The notes beneath the pieces were generated by a model that was not told the origin of the DNA, searched no databases, and saw nothing but the letters and a program-made list of their open reading frames with translations. DNA of 62,241 bases from Pedosphaera sp. (lineage in GTDB: Bacteria > Verrucomicrobiota > Verrucomicrobiia > Limisphaerales > SIBH01), in the NCBI GenBank assembly GCA_031414955.1, contig JANOQV010000292.1, positions 1 through 62,241 on the forward strand, given 5' to 3'. A program made the position numbers and the translations under genes. This document shows positions 20,517 through 31,600 of the stretch, piece after piece (position 1 is the stretch's first letter; every line of letters begins with the position of its first letter).

Positions 20517-21038
20517 ATGAAACAATTCACGATCCACACAGATGGCGGGTGCGAGGGCAATCCAGGCCCGGGCGGATGGGCGGCCGTCTTGCGCGGCGGC
20601 GATTCAGTATCGGAAGTCAGCGGCGGCACGGCGGCCACCACGAACAACCGCATGGAACTACAGGCCGCCATCGGCGCGCTGACCGCCCTGCCAGAACCGT
20701 GCGCGATTCAGTTCTTCACTGACTCGGAGTACGTGCGCAACGGCATCACGACCTGGCTGCGCGGCTGGAAGGCGCGCGGCTGGCTCACGGCGGACAAAAA
20801 GCCGGTGCGCAACGAAGACCTGTGGCGGCAACTGGACGCCCTGGCCCAGGCGCACACCATTCAATGGCACTGGCTCAAGGGCCATGCCGGTCATGTGGAC
20901 AACGAACGCTGCGACCGCCTGGCGGCCGCCGAAATGGCGAAGATTCGAAAGCAGTTCACGCGCGCCCAACTCGCCACGCTGCGCGAGGACTTTCAGCGGG
21001 AACGCACTCCGCCGCCCGCGCAAGTCCAGTTGCTCTGA
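20517..21038 (+). CDS. rnhA: Ribonuclease HI
   Basis: [43 protein letters not shown]. Confidence 0.97.
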   Translation: MKQFTIHTDGGCEGNPGPGGWAAVLRGGDSVSEVSGGTAATTNNRMELQAAIGALTALPEPCAIQFFTDSEYVRNGITTWLRGWKARGWLTADKKPVRNEDLWRQLDALAQAHTIQWHWLKGHAGHVDNERCDRLAAAEMAKIRKQFTRAQLATLREDFQRERTPPPAQVQLL

Positions 21039-21235
21039 GGCGGGTTCGCTTTCCCGGGGGCCATGGAGCAGACGCTCACGAACAGATCCCATCCTGAATC
21101 TGGCTGCGCCTGATTTTCCAAGTGAAAGTCACCCAAGAAAGCTGCCGCCCCCCCCAGGTGAAATGCCCCCAGCACACGCCTCCGTCCAGGATGGGGCAGG
21201 CGAGAACCTAAATTTTTTCGCGACCGTGCCGATGA

Positions 21236-22045
21236 TTGAGCGCAGTGATAAGTATCGTGCAGCCTATTCTAAAAACGGAAAACCTCCGCGTGGAGTTCCG
21301 CTCGAAGGAGCTGAACGGCGGAGTGAAAGTCGCGCTCCAGGGGTTGAACCTCGCGGTTTACCCCGGCGAGACGTTTGGCTTTCTGGGGCCGAACGGCGCG
21401 GGCAAGACGACCACGATGAATGTCCTGCTCGGCTTCGTGAACGCCACCAGCGGCACTGCGGAACTGTTCGGGCAGGACGTGCGCCAGCCCATCGCCCGCC
21501 AGCGCATCGGTTATCTGCCGGAGATGACCTATTACTACAAATTTCTCACCGCCGAGGAGTTGCTGCGTTTCTACGCGCGCATCTTCAACATCCCGAAGGG
21601 CGAGCGCGAGCGGCGCATCGACGCGGTGCTGAAGCTGGTCGAACTGGAACATGCCCGGAAGCGGCAGATCAAAACCTACTCGAAAGGCATGCAGCAGCGC
21701 GTCGGGTTGGCCCAGGCGCTGATCAACAATCCTGATTTGCTCATCCTCGACGAGCCGACCAGCGGGCTGGACCCGATTGGCCGCATGAAGGTGCGCGAGA
21801 TCATCCAGCGGCTGAAGAGCGAGGGCAAAACAGTGTTCTTCTCCTCGCATGAGCTGGGCGAGGTGGAAACGATTTGCGACCGAGTGGCCATTTTGCACCA
21901 GGGCGAACTCAAGCGCGAAGGCCGCGTGGCGGACATCGTGCGCGAATACAACTGCGATCTGGAGCAGGCGTTCCTCCGCATCATCGGTTACGACGCCACA
22001 GGTCACGTCCTCGAAACCACCAAGTCTTCCCAGGCCGCCGCATGA
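21236..22045 (+). CDS. ABC transporter ATP-binding protein (ABC-2 type)
   Basis: GPNGAGKTT, YSKGMQQR, LILDEPTSGLD, FSSH. Confidence 0.96.
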   Translation: MSAVISIVQPILKTENLRVEFRSKELNGGVKVALQGLNLAVYPGETFGFLGPNGAGKTTTMNVLLGFVNATSGTAELFGQDVRQPIARQRIGYLPEMTYYYKFLTAEELLRFYARIFNIPKGERERRIDAVLKLVELEHARKRQIKTYSKGMQQRVGLAQALINNPDLLILDEPTSGLDPIGRMKVREIIQRLKSEGKTVFFSSHELGEVETICDRVAILHQGELKREGRVADIVREYNCDLEQAFLRIIGYDATGHVLETTKSSQAAA

Positions 22046-22824
22046 ACGTCATCCACGCCATCACTCTCGTCGTGCTCAAGGAAATGCTCCGGCGCAAGGA
22101 CTTCTACGTGCTGTTCGTCATCACCGCGCTCATCACAGTCGTGATGGGTTCGATCAGCATCTTCAACGACGCCAGCATTGCCGGCTATCTCAAGGAACTA
22201 GCGCTGTTGCTCATCTGGATCTGCTCGCTGGTCATCGCGGTCACGACCACGGCGCGGCAGCTTTACGCGGAGAAGGAGAACCGCACCATCTTCCCGCTCC
22301 TCGCCAAGCCAGTGTCGCGCGCGCAACTTTTGATTGGAAAATTCCTCGGCTGCTGGATCGCCAGCGGGCTGTCGCTGCTGATGTTTTATCTCTTCCTCGG
22401 AATCGTCGCGGCGTCCCGCGAACACACCCTGGATGTGGGCGGCTATTTCGTGGCGATGCTGCTGCACTGGGGCGCGCTGGCGGTGGTGGTGGCGATGGCA
22501 CTCCTGGGTTCAATCGTCTTCGCGGCTCCGTCCTCCAATGGCACCATCTGCCTGATTGTCTCCATCGGGATTCTGTTCCTGGCCCAGCACCTGAACACGG
22601 TGGCGATCCAGATGGGCGGCGTGCTCGGCAGCATTACTTACGCGATTTATTATCTGACCCCGCGGCTAGACTGGGCCTTCTCGGTGCGGCAATTCCTCAT
22701 TTTCCACGATGCCATGCCCGGCCCGTCCGTGGTCGGGGGCGCTTTGCTCATCTACGCCGGCAACGCGGCGGCGTTGGTCCTCGCCGCGTGGCTGCTCTTC
22801 CGACGTCGGGCCTTAAACACCTAG
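22042..22824 (+). CDS. ABC-2 type permease
   Basis: Multiple TM helices; EKENRTIFPLLAKPVSRAQLLIGKFLG; ATGA overlap with the ATPase. Confidence 0.92.
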   Translation: MNVIHAITLVVLKEMLRRKDFYVLFVITALITVVMGSISIFNDASIAGYLKELALLLIWICSLVIAVTTTARQLYAEKENRTIFPLLAKPVSRAQLLIGKFLGCWIASGLSLLMFYLFLGIVAASREHTLDVGGYFVAMLLHWGALAVVVAMALLGSIVFAAPSSNGTICLIVSIGILFLAQHLNTVAIQMGGVLGSITYAIYYLTPRLDWAFSVRQFLIFHDAMPGPSVVGGALLIYAGNAAALVLAAWLLFRRRALNT

Positions 22825-22825
22825 C

Positions 22826-23785
22826 ATGAGCGCGCCTCACTTGCTGCTGGCCTTGCTCGGCGTGGGCGGTTTCGGGATCGCGACGGCGCTGGGGCCGCGC
22901 TTCGACGAGTTGAACGCCCGCCGCGGGGGCGGATTCATGGGCAGTCTGTTCGGGGAAAGCCGGAAACTCTTCGCCCACCACTTCTTCACCCGCTCGGATG
23001 TTTACTTCCACAGCGGTTACTACCCGAGCATCTTCGACCAAGCCGGTCCGAAAAAGGAAAACCATCTGGCTGAGAAGGCGGGCGCGAAGGAGAAGCAGGC
23101 CAACCCCGCCCACGGCGAAGCCGGCCATGCGCATCACGAAGGCGAGGAGCACGAGGAGCATGAAGAGAAAAGCCCCGAGGCCAAGGGCCATGTTCACGAC
23201 GAGCGGTGCCAGCACGGCGATGAAGAGGACTTTCTCGGAAAGCCCAAGGATCGGATGGATGCCTTCACCCGCCACTTTTTTGTCTCCCAGCACACGCACC
23301 TGACGGAGAAAGGTTCCAACGCACCGAAGGAAATCCTGCCGTGGATTCAGCTCGCGGCGAAACTCGATCCGCAGAAACTGGAGAGTTACACCGTGGGGGC
23401 CTACTGGCTCCGGCAATTGGACAAGAAGGAAGAGGCCGAACAGTTCTTGCGCGAAGGTCTGCGCCAAAATCCGCAGAGCTTCGAGATCATGCTGGAACTC
23501 GGGCGGAGCTATCAGGAGAAACGTGATTTTGACCGGGCGCGCAATGTCCTGGAAATGGGCTTTCGCCGCTGGCGCGAGCAGGAAAATTCCAAACCGGTCG
23601 AACAGCAGGATCGTTTTGCTGCCGCGCAGATTCTAAACAACCTCGCCCTGATCGAGGATCAAACCGGCCACCGCCAGCAGGCCATCAACTGGCTGCAGAT
23701 CGTCAAGAAAATCTCCCCCCATCCCGAAGCCATCGAGCAGCGCATCAGCGAGGTCCGCGCCGGCCAACCGCTCAAGGCGGACTAA
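22826..23785 (+). CDS. Membrane-anchored TPR protein with His/Glu-rich insert
   Basis: N-terminal hydrophobic segment, DVYFHSG, His-rich stretch, TPR-like EAEQFLREGLRQNPQSFEIMLELG. Confidence 0.8.
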   Translation: MSAPHLLLALLGVGGFGIATALGPRFDELNARRGGGFMGSLFGESRKLFAHHFFTRSDVYFHSGYYPSIFDQAGPKKENHLAEKAGAKEKQANPAHGEAGHAHHEGEEHEEHEEKSPEAKGHVHDERCQHGDEEDFLGKPKDRMDAFTRHFFVSQHTHLTEKGSNAPKEILPWIQLAAKLDPQKLESYTVGAYWLRQLDKKEEAEQFLREGLRQNPQSFEIMLELGRSYQEKRDFDRARNVLEMGFRRWREQENSKPVEQQDRFAAAQILNNLALIEDQTGHRQQAINWLQIVKKISPHPEAIEQRISEVRAGQPLKAD

Positions 23786-23810
23786 CGCAGAAGGAGGGAA
23801 GGCACAGGAA

Positions 23811-23833
23811 TTTCACGGATTCAGGCCGTGAAA
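23811..23833. terminator. Hairpin between convergent TPR gene and glgC
   Basis: TTTCACGG...CCGTGAAA stem within a short CACGGAT/ATCCGTG-type repeat. Confidence 0.4.
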
Positions 23834-23865
23834 ACCCGCGAAATCCGTGTCTGCTTTTCAGGTTC

Positions 23866-25158
23866 TCAAATCACCATCCCGTGCGGCACCACGCCGTTCT
23901 TGGGGATGAGGACGATGCCGTCGCGGATGTAATAGGACGGGTGGTCCACGTTCTCCGGCTTGCCGGTGGGAGAGATGGTCACGTTGTTTCCGATGCGCGC
24001 GTTCTTGTCGATGATGGCGTTCTCGATGCGCGTGTTCGAGCCGATGCCGATGCGCGGAATGCCCACCGCCTCGTTCTCCGCGATGGACTCGGCCGACTCG
24101 TAGTAATCGCTGCCCAACATGATGGTCCGGTTGACCTGGCTGCCCGCCGCGATACTGCTCCGAATGCCGATGATGGATTGACGGATGTCCGCGTGGCTGA
24201 TGATGCACCCGTCAGAAATGATGGCGTGGTCAATCTGCGCGCCGTTGATCTTCGAGGCCGGCAACCAGCGCGGCCGGCTGAAGATGGGCGCGGTCATGTC
24301 GAAGAAGTTGAAACGCGGCAGTTCGGAGGTGATGTCGATGTTGGCCTCGAAGAAGGCGCGAATGGTTCCGATGTCCTCCCAGTAACCCTGGAACACATAG
24401 GAGAAGACGCGATGCGTCTCGATGGCCGAAGGAATGATGTGCTTGCCGAAGTCCGTCAGCGAGTTGTCCAGCAGCTTGAGCAGCACGTCGCGATTGAAGA
24501 TGTAGATGCCCATCGAGGCCAGCAGCAGATCCTCGCCGTCCCCCTGGATGTCCAGAAAGTCATACATGTCCGGCGGAATCTTCAAGCTGTCCTGCACCGA
24601 GGCTTCCGTCGGCTTTTCGACGAAGCGCGTGATGCGACGCTCGCGGTCGATTTGCATAATGCCCAGTCCCGCCGCCTCGCGGCGGTGGACCGGGATGGTG
24701 GCGATGGTCAACTGTGCGCCCGATTCCATGTGCTGATTGACCATCTTGCGGAAGTCCATCCGGTAAAGCTGATCGCCGCTCAGGATGAGCACGTACTCGA
24801 AGTCGTGATTGAGCATGTGGGTCAGGTTCTTGCGCACGGCGTCGGCCGTGCCCTGGTACCACGAGGTGTCGGCGAAGGTTTGTTCCGCCGCGAGGATTTC
24901 CACAAAGCCGCCCGAGAAATGATCGAACTTGTACGACTGCGAAATATGCCGGTGCAGCGAGGCCGAGTTGAACTGCGTGAGCAGGTAGATGCGCTTGAGA
25001 TCGGAGTTGATGCAGTTCGAGATCGGGATGTCCACCAGGCGGTATTTGCCGGCCAGCGGCACAGCCGGCTTGGCCCGTTCCTTGGTCAGGGGGAAGAGCC
25101 GGGTGCCCGCCCCGCCGCCCATGATGATGGACAGCACGCTGCTGGTCGCGGGCGCCAT
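23866..25158 (-). CDS. glgC: Glucose-1-phosphate adenylyltransferase
   Basis: GGGAGTRLFPLTKERAKPAVP, WYQGTADAV, ILSGDQLY, FVEKP, DFGKHIIP, YWEDIGT. Confidence 0.98.
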   Translation of the reverse strand: MAPATSSVLSIIMGGGAGTRLFPLTKERAKPAVPLAGKYRLVDIPISNCINSDLKRIYLLTQFNSASLHRHISQSYKFDHFSGGFVEILAAEQTFADTSWYQGTADAVRKNLTHMLNHDFEYVLILSGDQLYRMDFRKMVNQHMESGAQLTIATIPVHRREAAGLGIMQIDRERRITRFVEKPTEASVQDSLKIPPDMYDFLDIQGDGEDLLLASMGIYIFNRDVLLKLLDNSLTDFGKHIIPSAIETHRVFSYVFQGYWEDIGTIRAFFEANIDITSELPRFNFFDMTAPIFSRPRWLPASKINGAQIDHAIISDGCIISHADIRQSIIGIRSSIAAGSQVNRTIMLGSDYYESAESIAENEAVGIPRIGIGSNTRIENAIIDKNARIGNNVTISPTGKPENVDHPSYYIRDGIVLIPKNGVVPHGMVI

Positions 25159-25324
25159 TCTTGCAGTTCCTTGTGTCGGTGGCATAAAGAAATCCCTTTG
25201 TTGCGCCGTGGCGCGTTTGGTTCTGAGGCCGGAGCCTAGCGTCCGAGGAAGGCGCGGCCAAAACAAATCATCTCCGCGATTTTTGGCATGTCAGTTCCCG
25301 CTGTTGGCCCAAGGACACGGGGTT

Positions 25325-26383
25325 TTACCCCAAGGCTCCTTTCCACACCCGCAGATGTTCAGCGCGATTGCACAATTCGTTTTCGGCGTGGCGGCGCGCG
25401 GCGCGTGAAAGTTTCTTTCGCAACGCAACGTCTTGGCGCAGTCGATGAACGTGCTCGCGGTAATCGCCATTGCTGGAGCAGAGGAATCCGGCCTTCCCAT
25501 GCGGCACGAGATTTTCCAAGTGATGACCGCCCCCCTTCGGCACGAGCGGCACGCAGCCGGTGAGCATGGCTTCGACTGTGGAACGTCCCCACGACTCGCG
25601 GAAGGCTGGGCCGAGCGAGTACACGAACAGATCGAGCGAGTGCAGGAAGTCCACTTGCGATTCGGTTTCCTTCTCCAGCAAATCCCAGCGCGCATCGAAG
25701 CGGTGATGTTTGTACACGTCCCGCATTTGATCGCTCCATGCCATGACGCGGAACTGGGTGGATGGCCTCGCGCTGGGAGCGCGTCCACCAACCTTCACGT
25801 CCAGCGAATCGTAGAACTCTGGAAAATCCGGCGGGAACTTTGCGGGATCAGGCCGCGAGAGTCTGCCGATGACGAGCGGGGCATCCGCCGCGCGCGGGCG
25901 TTCTGAGAACGGAAAGAAACCCGGATCGATGTAGTTGCCCGTGATGATCGACGGACATTTCCCATATCCCGGCGCGAGCACTTGCTTTTGCACTTCCGAG
26001 ACGTAGAGCACCTTGTCGATCACGCCGAACATCACGCCCGCGATCTCCGGGCCGTGATGCCACATCATCTCACTGGACCAGATGACGCGCAGTCCCCGCT
26101 GCCTGGCCTGGAGCACGATGCCTTCGCCGAGGAATTTTCCGTTGCACAGCGAGAGCGCCACGCCGTTCAGCTTCTTGGGAAGTTCACTCCACAGGGCCGC
26201 CTTCACGCCCAGCCGCTTGAGGAATTTTCGCCAGCCCAGTTGCAGCAGTTGCTCACGCGTGTTCGGCACCATGGTGATGTCGTAATCGCGGTGCAGCAGA
26301 AGAAGCAGGTGCGTGACCTTGGTGTCCGCCCCGCCCACGTTGGAAGGCCAGTTGAAAATGTAGAGCTGCGGACGGGCTTTCAT
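25325..26383 (-). CDS. GT-B (family 4-like) glycosyltransferase
   Basis: VGGADT, IGRLSRPDPAK, ESWGRSTVEAMLTGCVP. Confidence 0.88.
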   Translation of the reverse strand: MKARPQLYIFNWPSNVGGADTKVTHLLLLLHRDYDITMVPNTREQLLQLGWRKFLKRLGVKAALWSELPKKLNGVALSLCNGKFLGEGIVLQARQRGLRVIWSSEMMWHHGPEIAGVMFGVIDKVLYVSEVQKQVLAPGYGKCPSIITGNYIDPGFFPFSERPRAADAPLVIGRLSRPDPAKFPPDFPEFYDSLDVKVGGRAPSARPSTQFRVMAWSDQMRDVYKHHRFDARWDLLEKETESQVDFLHSLDLFVYSLGPAFRESWGRSTVEAMLTGCVPLVPKGGGHHLENLVPHGKAGFLCSSNGDYREHVHRLRQDVALRKKLSRAARRHAENELCNRAEHLRVWKGALG

Positions 26384-26417
26384 TTCGTAGATGTGGCCTC
26401 AAGCGAGGCGCGTGGTT

Positions 26418-26548
26418 CTCCCTCTCCCCTCAACGGGGAGAGGGCCGGGGTGAGGGGTGGGAACGTGGCACGACTCCCGACATGGATGAACTCGCGAGAC
26501 GCACCACCCCTCACCCTCAATCCCTCTCCCCGTTGAGGGGAGAGGGAG
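26418..26548. repeat. Inverted pair of REP-type palindromes
   Basis: CCCTCTCCCCTCAACGGGGAGAGGGCCGGGGTGAGGGG and its inverted copy at 26504-26548. Confidence 0.88.
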
Positions 26549-26565
26549 GCCTGATCTCCGACCTG

Positions 26566-26833
26566 CCCGGCAAATTCCCGCAGGCGGGAAAACAATTCCC
26601 GCTCCTGCCAGAAGTTTCCCGCGTCTGGCAAACACTTTGCCAGACCCGGCCCGGCCGTTTCCGGGTCTGGGAAAACCGTTCCAAGAGGCGGGAAAAGAGT
26701 TTCCGGGTGCGGGAAACGGTTTCCCGCCTGCGGGAAAGTGTTTTCCGGGGCCGGGAATCGTTTTCCCGCACCCGGCAAATGAATTCCCGCCTCTGGGAAA
26801 ACAATACCCAGAGGCGGGAAAAGAGTTCCCGCA
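26566..26833. repeat. Degenerate ~21-bp tandem array, about 12-13 units
   Basis: Units such as CCCGCAGGCGGGAAAACAATT, CCCGCCTCTGGGAAAACAATA, CCCAGAGGCGGGAAAAGAGTT. Confidence 0.8.
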
Positions 26834-26881
26834 TAGCTTAACCATTTTGGAAACAGCTACTTACGTGAATTCGAGGCCGGA

Positions 26882-27307
26882 CTAGCTGGAGGAGCTGGGC
26901 GGCTCACCGCTGGAACTGCTGGGCGGTGGTTCGGAACTGGAGGAACTGGAGGAACTGCTGCCGCCGCCGCTTTGTTTGGTCGAGGTCAGCTTCTTGCGAA
27001 TGGCTTGAATTTGCTTGGCCAGAGGCGTGCCTTTGCCCGCCGCACCGATGAGCAAATCCACGGTGGAGGTGAAGACGCCGTAAGCAGTGGTGGAGACGCT
27101 GTTGTATTGGATGGTCGCGGTTTTCAGCGCGGTCTTGGCGTTTTCCTGCGTGGTGTCTTTCTGCGTGACGAGGACACCCTGGGCCGTGAGGGCGGTCTTG
27201 ACGTTGGCCGGCGTCAAACCACCGGCGGTAAAGGCGGCGGTGTTTTGCGTGATGAGTTCGTTGAGCGAATCAATCGCTCCCTGGATTTCGTGGGCTGGAT
27301 AACTCAT
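26882..27307 (-). CDS. Hypothetical helical protein with Ser/Pro-rich tail
   Basis: 141 aa; typical codon usage; ends GGGSSSSSSSSSEPPPSSSSGEPPSSSS. Confidence 0.75.
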   Translation of the reverse strand: MSYPAHEIQGAIDSLNELITQNTAAFTAGGLTPANVKTALTAQGVLVTQKDTTQENAKTALKTATIQYNSVSTTAYGVFTSTVDLLIGAAGKGTPLAKQIQAIRKKLTSTKQSGGGSSSSSSSSSEPPPSSSSGEPPSSSS

Positions 27308-27427
27308 AGAGTTGGTTCTTTCGTTGATGTTTCATTTTGCGATTTACCGATTCTGGAAGCTGGCCCTGGCGCAACCGCGCCCGCCCGTTTCCAAATTGAT
27401 TCCGGCAAAGGATTTCCCCTCGCCGAA

Positions 27428-27658
27428 TTATTCGCGCGGGAGCAACTTTTCCGCGCTGCAACCCAAAGCTCTGCGGAGACGAATCAGCGTCGTGGCCAAG
27501 GGATTGATTTCTCCTGCTTCGATGCGTTGCATGTTTCTGAGACTGATGTCGGTTTCTTCTGCAAGCTGCTCTTGAGTGATCCCTTTGGCATTGCGTTCCC
27601 GTCGGACATTGGCACCTAGCTTCTGCAATTGGGCGGCTTTTTCTTTTGGGAACGACAC
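27428..27658 (-). CDS. XRE/Cro-family HTH regulator
   Basis: LGANVRRERNAKGITQEQLAE...IEAGEINPLATTLIRL. Confidence 0.9.
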   Translation of the reverse strand: MSFPKEKAAQLQKLGANVRRERNAKGITQEQLAEETDISLRNMQRIEAGEINPLATTLIRLRRALGCSAEKLLPRE

Positions 27659-27746
27659 GCGCGATTAGGCGCACGTTCCTGATTGACTTGAACGCCGTAC
27701 CGCGTCGTATGCTGGCCCGCCTGCAAGGCCGCAACGGGTTCTCATT

Positions 27747-28628
27747 ATGAAACTGAAATGGAATTGGCTCCCCCTCTGGCCCAGCCTGACCGTGGCTCTG
27801 GCGGTTGTTTTGTTCGCCACGTGGGCCGCTCCAGCCCAGCAACTGGAAATGGCGGAACCGACCATCGAGCGCGCCTGGAATCCCCCGCTGATGGGCACGT
27901 TCTACCTCATCCATCAAAAACATGGGCCGCCGTATCCCTTCGATCCCTACGGCGGCCGGCTGCCGGTGTATGAATGGAAGCCGGGCGTGTTCCTCATCGA
28001 CGATGTGGAATTCGCGGCGGCCGCGCTCCCGTCCAAGTCCGGCCAGTCGGCCCAGGCCGAAGGCGGCGGCGGTGGCCTGAGCATGAGCATGATGTCATCA
28101 ACCGGGCCGGGAGGATTCCCGGTGGGCGGCAGCGGCGGTGGGGAACTGATCTGTGCCGCTTCCACCAATTTCACCCTGGCCTATCGCTATTGGACCAACA
28201 GCCTCGCGCTCGACGTCGCCTTGGGCACGAACAGCACCATCGATCTCACGGTCCTCACCTCCACCACCAACGCCCTCTACGATTTGTTTGGGACCACCAA
28301 CCTCAACTCCCTTGCTCTGCCGCAACTGAGCAGGACGAACTGGCAGTGGCTGTTAAGGGTGACCAACAGCTCCATCAGCTTCACTTGGGGTGATACCAAC
28401 TGGTGTGCAGCCTGGTTCCAATTGGGCACCATGCTCGACACAGATGGTGACTCGCTGACCGACGCCTACGAAAACCTGGTGAGCCACACGAGTGCGAGCA
28501 ATCCCGACTCCGATGGCGACGGCATTCTGGATGGGGTGGAAGTCCAGTATGGACTCAACCCGCGTGTCGCCGATCCGCCCTTCACGATCTCCATCATGCA
28601 GCCTGCCGGCAATTCACTCCTGCCTTAA
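27747..28628 (+). CDS. Exported hypothetical protein with DxDGD (thrombospondin-3-like) repeats
   Basis: Signal peptide; DTDGDSLTDAYE and PDSDGDGILDGVE; 14 bp before the RHS gene. Confidence 0.75.
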   Translation: MKLKWNWLPLWPSLTVALAVVLFATWAAPAQQLEMAEPTIERAWNPPLMGTFYLIHQKHGPPYPFDPYGGRLPVYEWKPGVFLIDDVEFAAAALPSKSGQSAQAEGGGGGLSMSMMSSTGPGGFPVGGSGGGELICAASTNFTLAYRYWTNSLALDVALGTNSTIDLTVLTSTTNALYDLFGTTNLNSLALPQLSRTNWQWLLRVTNSSISFTWGDTNWCAAWFQLGTMLDTDGDSLTDAYENLVSHTSASNPDSDGDGILDGVEVQYGLNPRVADPPFTISIMQPAGNSLLP

Positions 28629-28642
28629 CCGCCCATTCCAAG

Positions 28643-31600
28643 ATGAAAATAATATCCACAGCCGGTTTCTTTGCCATGCGCCATTGGGCCGCAGCGATGG
28701 GCATGTTGCTTTGTTTGGGAGCAGTTCATGCGCAGGCCCATGAAACGCCACGATTGCTGGCCGAGAAAATAACCCAGGCCACGGTGCTCAGGCCGCCGCT
28801 GGAGTTTGTGAGCGCCGCAGTCCCGCCAGAAACGGAGTCGCGCTTGCTGTGGACGATGCTTTCGGAACCATCGGATGACCCCGCTTACGAGCAGTTGCAG
28901 CGTTTCGTGGTGGACTGGCCGCAATCCGGTTGGACGCCTTCGGTGCGGGCGCACCTCGGCCAGGTGCATCGCTCGCAAGGCCGTTACACGCTGGCTTTGC
29001 AGGAATGGGAAAACGCCTGGCTGGCGACGCGAAGTTTGACGAACACCACCGGGCGAAGCGTGGCGGAGTACGCCTTGGCCCACTGGTCGCAACTGCTGGC
29101 AAGTTTGGGGCGCACGGAAAAGCTCGCTTCATTGTTCGAGGCCACGGCAGGCCGGAAATGGAGCGACGCCAATTATGCCGCGATGTTTGCCCAGTCGCAC
29201 GAAGGTTATGAGACGATGCTGAGTTATCCCGGCGTTTCTTATCGCTGCGGCACCTTGGCTTTGAGCCGCGTGGCTCGGGCGCTCGGGAACACGAATGCCG
29301 GGAGCTTTCAGATGGTGGATATTGCTTCGCCATCGAATGGCTTCTGCATGACCAGTCTGGCCGAGTTGTCGGAAGCGAATCACCTCGGACTCGTGGCGGT
29401 GGAGCGTCCGGCGGGCGCCAATATCATCCTGCCTTCGGTCATCCACTGGCGGCAGAATCATTACGCGGCGGTGCTGGCCAAGCAGGGACCATTGTACTGG
29501 GTCATGGACCCGACGTTCGGGCGCGGGCAATGGATTTTCGAGGATTACCTGAACGAGGAGGCCAGTGGGAAATTTCTCGTGCCCGCGACCAATGTTCCGG
29601 CGGGATGGAAACTGCTGGCCAAGGCTGAGACGGACAACGTGTTCGGCAAGGGCCAGCCGAGCACGATTCATTTTTGGGAGGATCCGGGTTGTAACATGGC
29701 CCCAGGCGGAGCCGGCGCGCCGCCAACGGCGACCATCAATTCTGGCGGGAATCAGGCGGTGTGTATTCCATGCGAGTCGGCAAGCGGAATGCCGGTGTGG
29801 TGGGTTTCCGAGCCGTACCTCAACCTCTTCATCGCCGATGCGCCCTTGAGCTACAGGCTTTCAGATGGCAACACCTGGTCGTTCCGCTGGACTTACAAAC
29901 AACGCGACATCTACCCGCTCGACTCCACGTATTATCCGTCCGCGCCGCCCATGACTCGCGGCGTGGGCATGACCAACGCGAGTTGGACGCACAATTTCCT
30001 CTCCTACATTCGCTTTCGCGACACGTATTGGGATGCGCTTACCACGAACAAATGCTCGACGTCCGTCACCTACACCTACTACGAGTCCATGGTGTACCTG
30101 AGCGGCGGAGGGGTTCTTTATTTCTCCAAGACGCCGGCTGGTACGACCTTGACGAATGTGGCCTCTGGTGTGCGCTTGGAACCGATTGCCGGCAGCGCAC
30201 CCACCTTGGGGGGATCGACCTGCGCGGTCGGTTCGGACACGAACGGTTTCAGGCTCGTTTATCCAGACGGCAGTCAGGATATTTACAATCGAGCGACGAG
30301 GGTTGATACCAATTGCACGAATCCCAGCCTCGCCCGATCCGAGGGACGAGCCTACCTGATGATGCGGGTGGACGCACAGGGCCGCACCAATTCCCTCTGC
30401 TATGAAACCACGACGAACAGCCCGGTTGTGACACGGGTGAAGCAGGTGGTGGATTTCGATGGCCGGACCAACTCACTCTTTTACACGAACGACACTTACC
30501 GCGAACTCCCCACCCGCATCACCGACCCCTACGGGCGGAGCGCCTATTTCAACTGCGACGCTTCCGGCCGGCTGAACACACTGGTGGACACGGCCAGCCT
30601 GACCAACACCATCAGCTACCAGAGTGGCCAGGATGGATTCGTGAACGGCATCCTGACTCCGTACGGCACGACTTCGTTCGAGCACTTCGACGCCGCGCCT
30701 TCCCAGAGCAACACGAACCAGGGCAACTCCGGCGGGCATGACCGCATCAACAAGTACATCTCCGTCGTGGATCGGGACGGCTCACGGGAGGTCTTCATGT
30801 ATCGCTACGATTCGAGCTTCCGCCCGGGCAGCTATGCCACCAACGAAGTGCCGGTGGTGGGTCTGCTCGGCCCGGACACCTTTGACAACGGCGCCGCGAC
30901 CAGCACGGGCGCGGTGGTGAGCCTCAAATTCCGCAACAGTTTTTATTGGGGCAAGAAGCAGATGACGCTGGTCTCAACCCCGAATGCGACGAATTTCACC
31001 ACCAGCGATTATCTTTTTGCCCGAACGAAGCATTGGCTCGACCAGGATCCCATCGCGGGCGACGTGGGCACGCTGATCAGCGACCGCCTCTCGCTGGAAG
31101 TCGCGCCCAGCGCCGACGGCACCAACGAGGGTTTCAAGACCTGGTACGATTACACCCGCTCCGGCACGGCCCGATACCGGGTCGGGGCCAACGCCTTGAT
31201 TGGCACCATCGCCACGGTGTTGCCGGATGGAACCACCGCCGCCACGAGCTACGACTACCGGGTGGGCGGGAATTTCACTCCGTACGTGCGCGCCCATGTG
31301 CAACCGGCCACGGTGTTGGGAAGCCCGGCCATTCGGACCAGTTTCTACACCTACGCCGCCAACGGCATTGATCTGCTCTCACACACCTTTCCGGATGGGG
31401 CGGTGGAAAAGTTTGGTTGGAACAGCCGCCACCAATGGATCGCCTACACCAACGCGGTGAACGACTGGGTGACTTTCACCTATGCCGACGCGCGGCTGGC
31501 CGGCAGCGTCCGCGCCAATGGCACGAGCGTCAGTCTCTACTACTACACCGACCTTCTGCCGACGACGAATCCGTTTTACCGCATGTTGTCATACATCCAA

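Noticed and set aside
26566..26833. CRISPR array
   Set aside because: Contiguous degenerate 21-mers without unique spacers; no cas genes.
26380..26885. Overlapping ORFs with FP-x-x-G heptads or PLTPALSP
   Set aside because: Translations of the REP pair and the 21-bp array; no frame stands out as coding.
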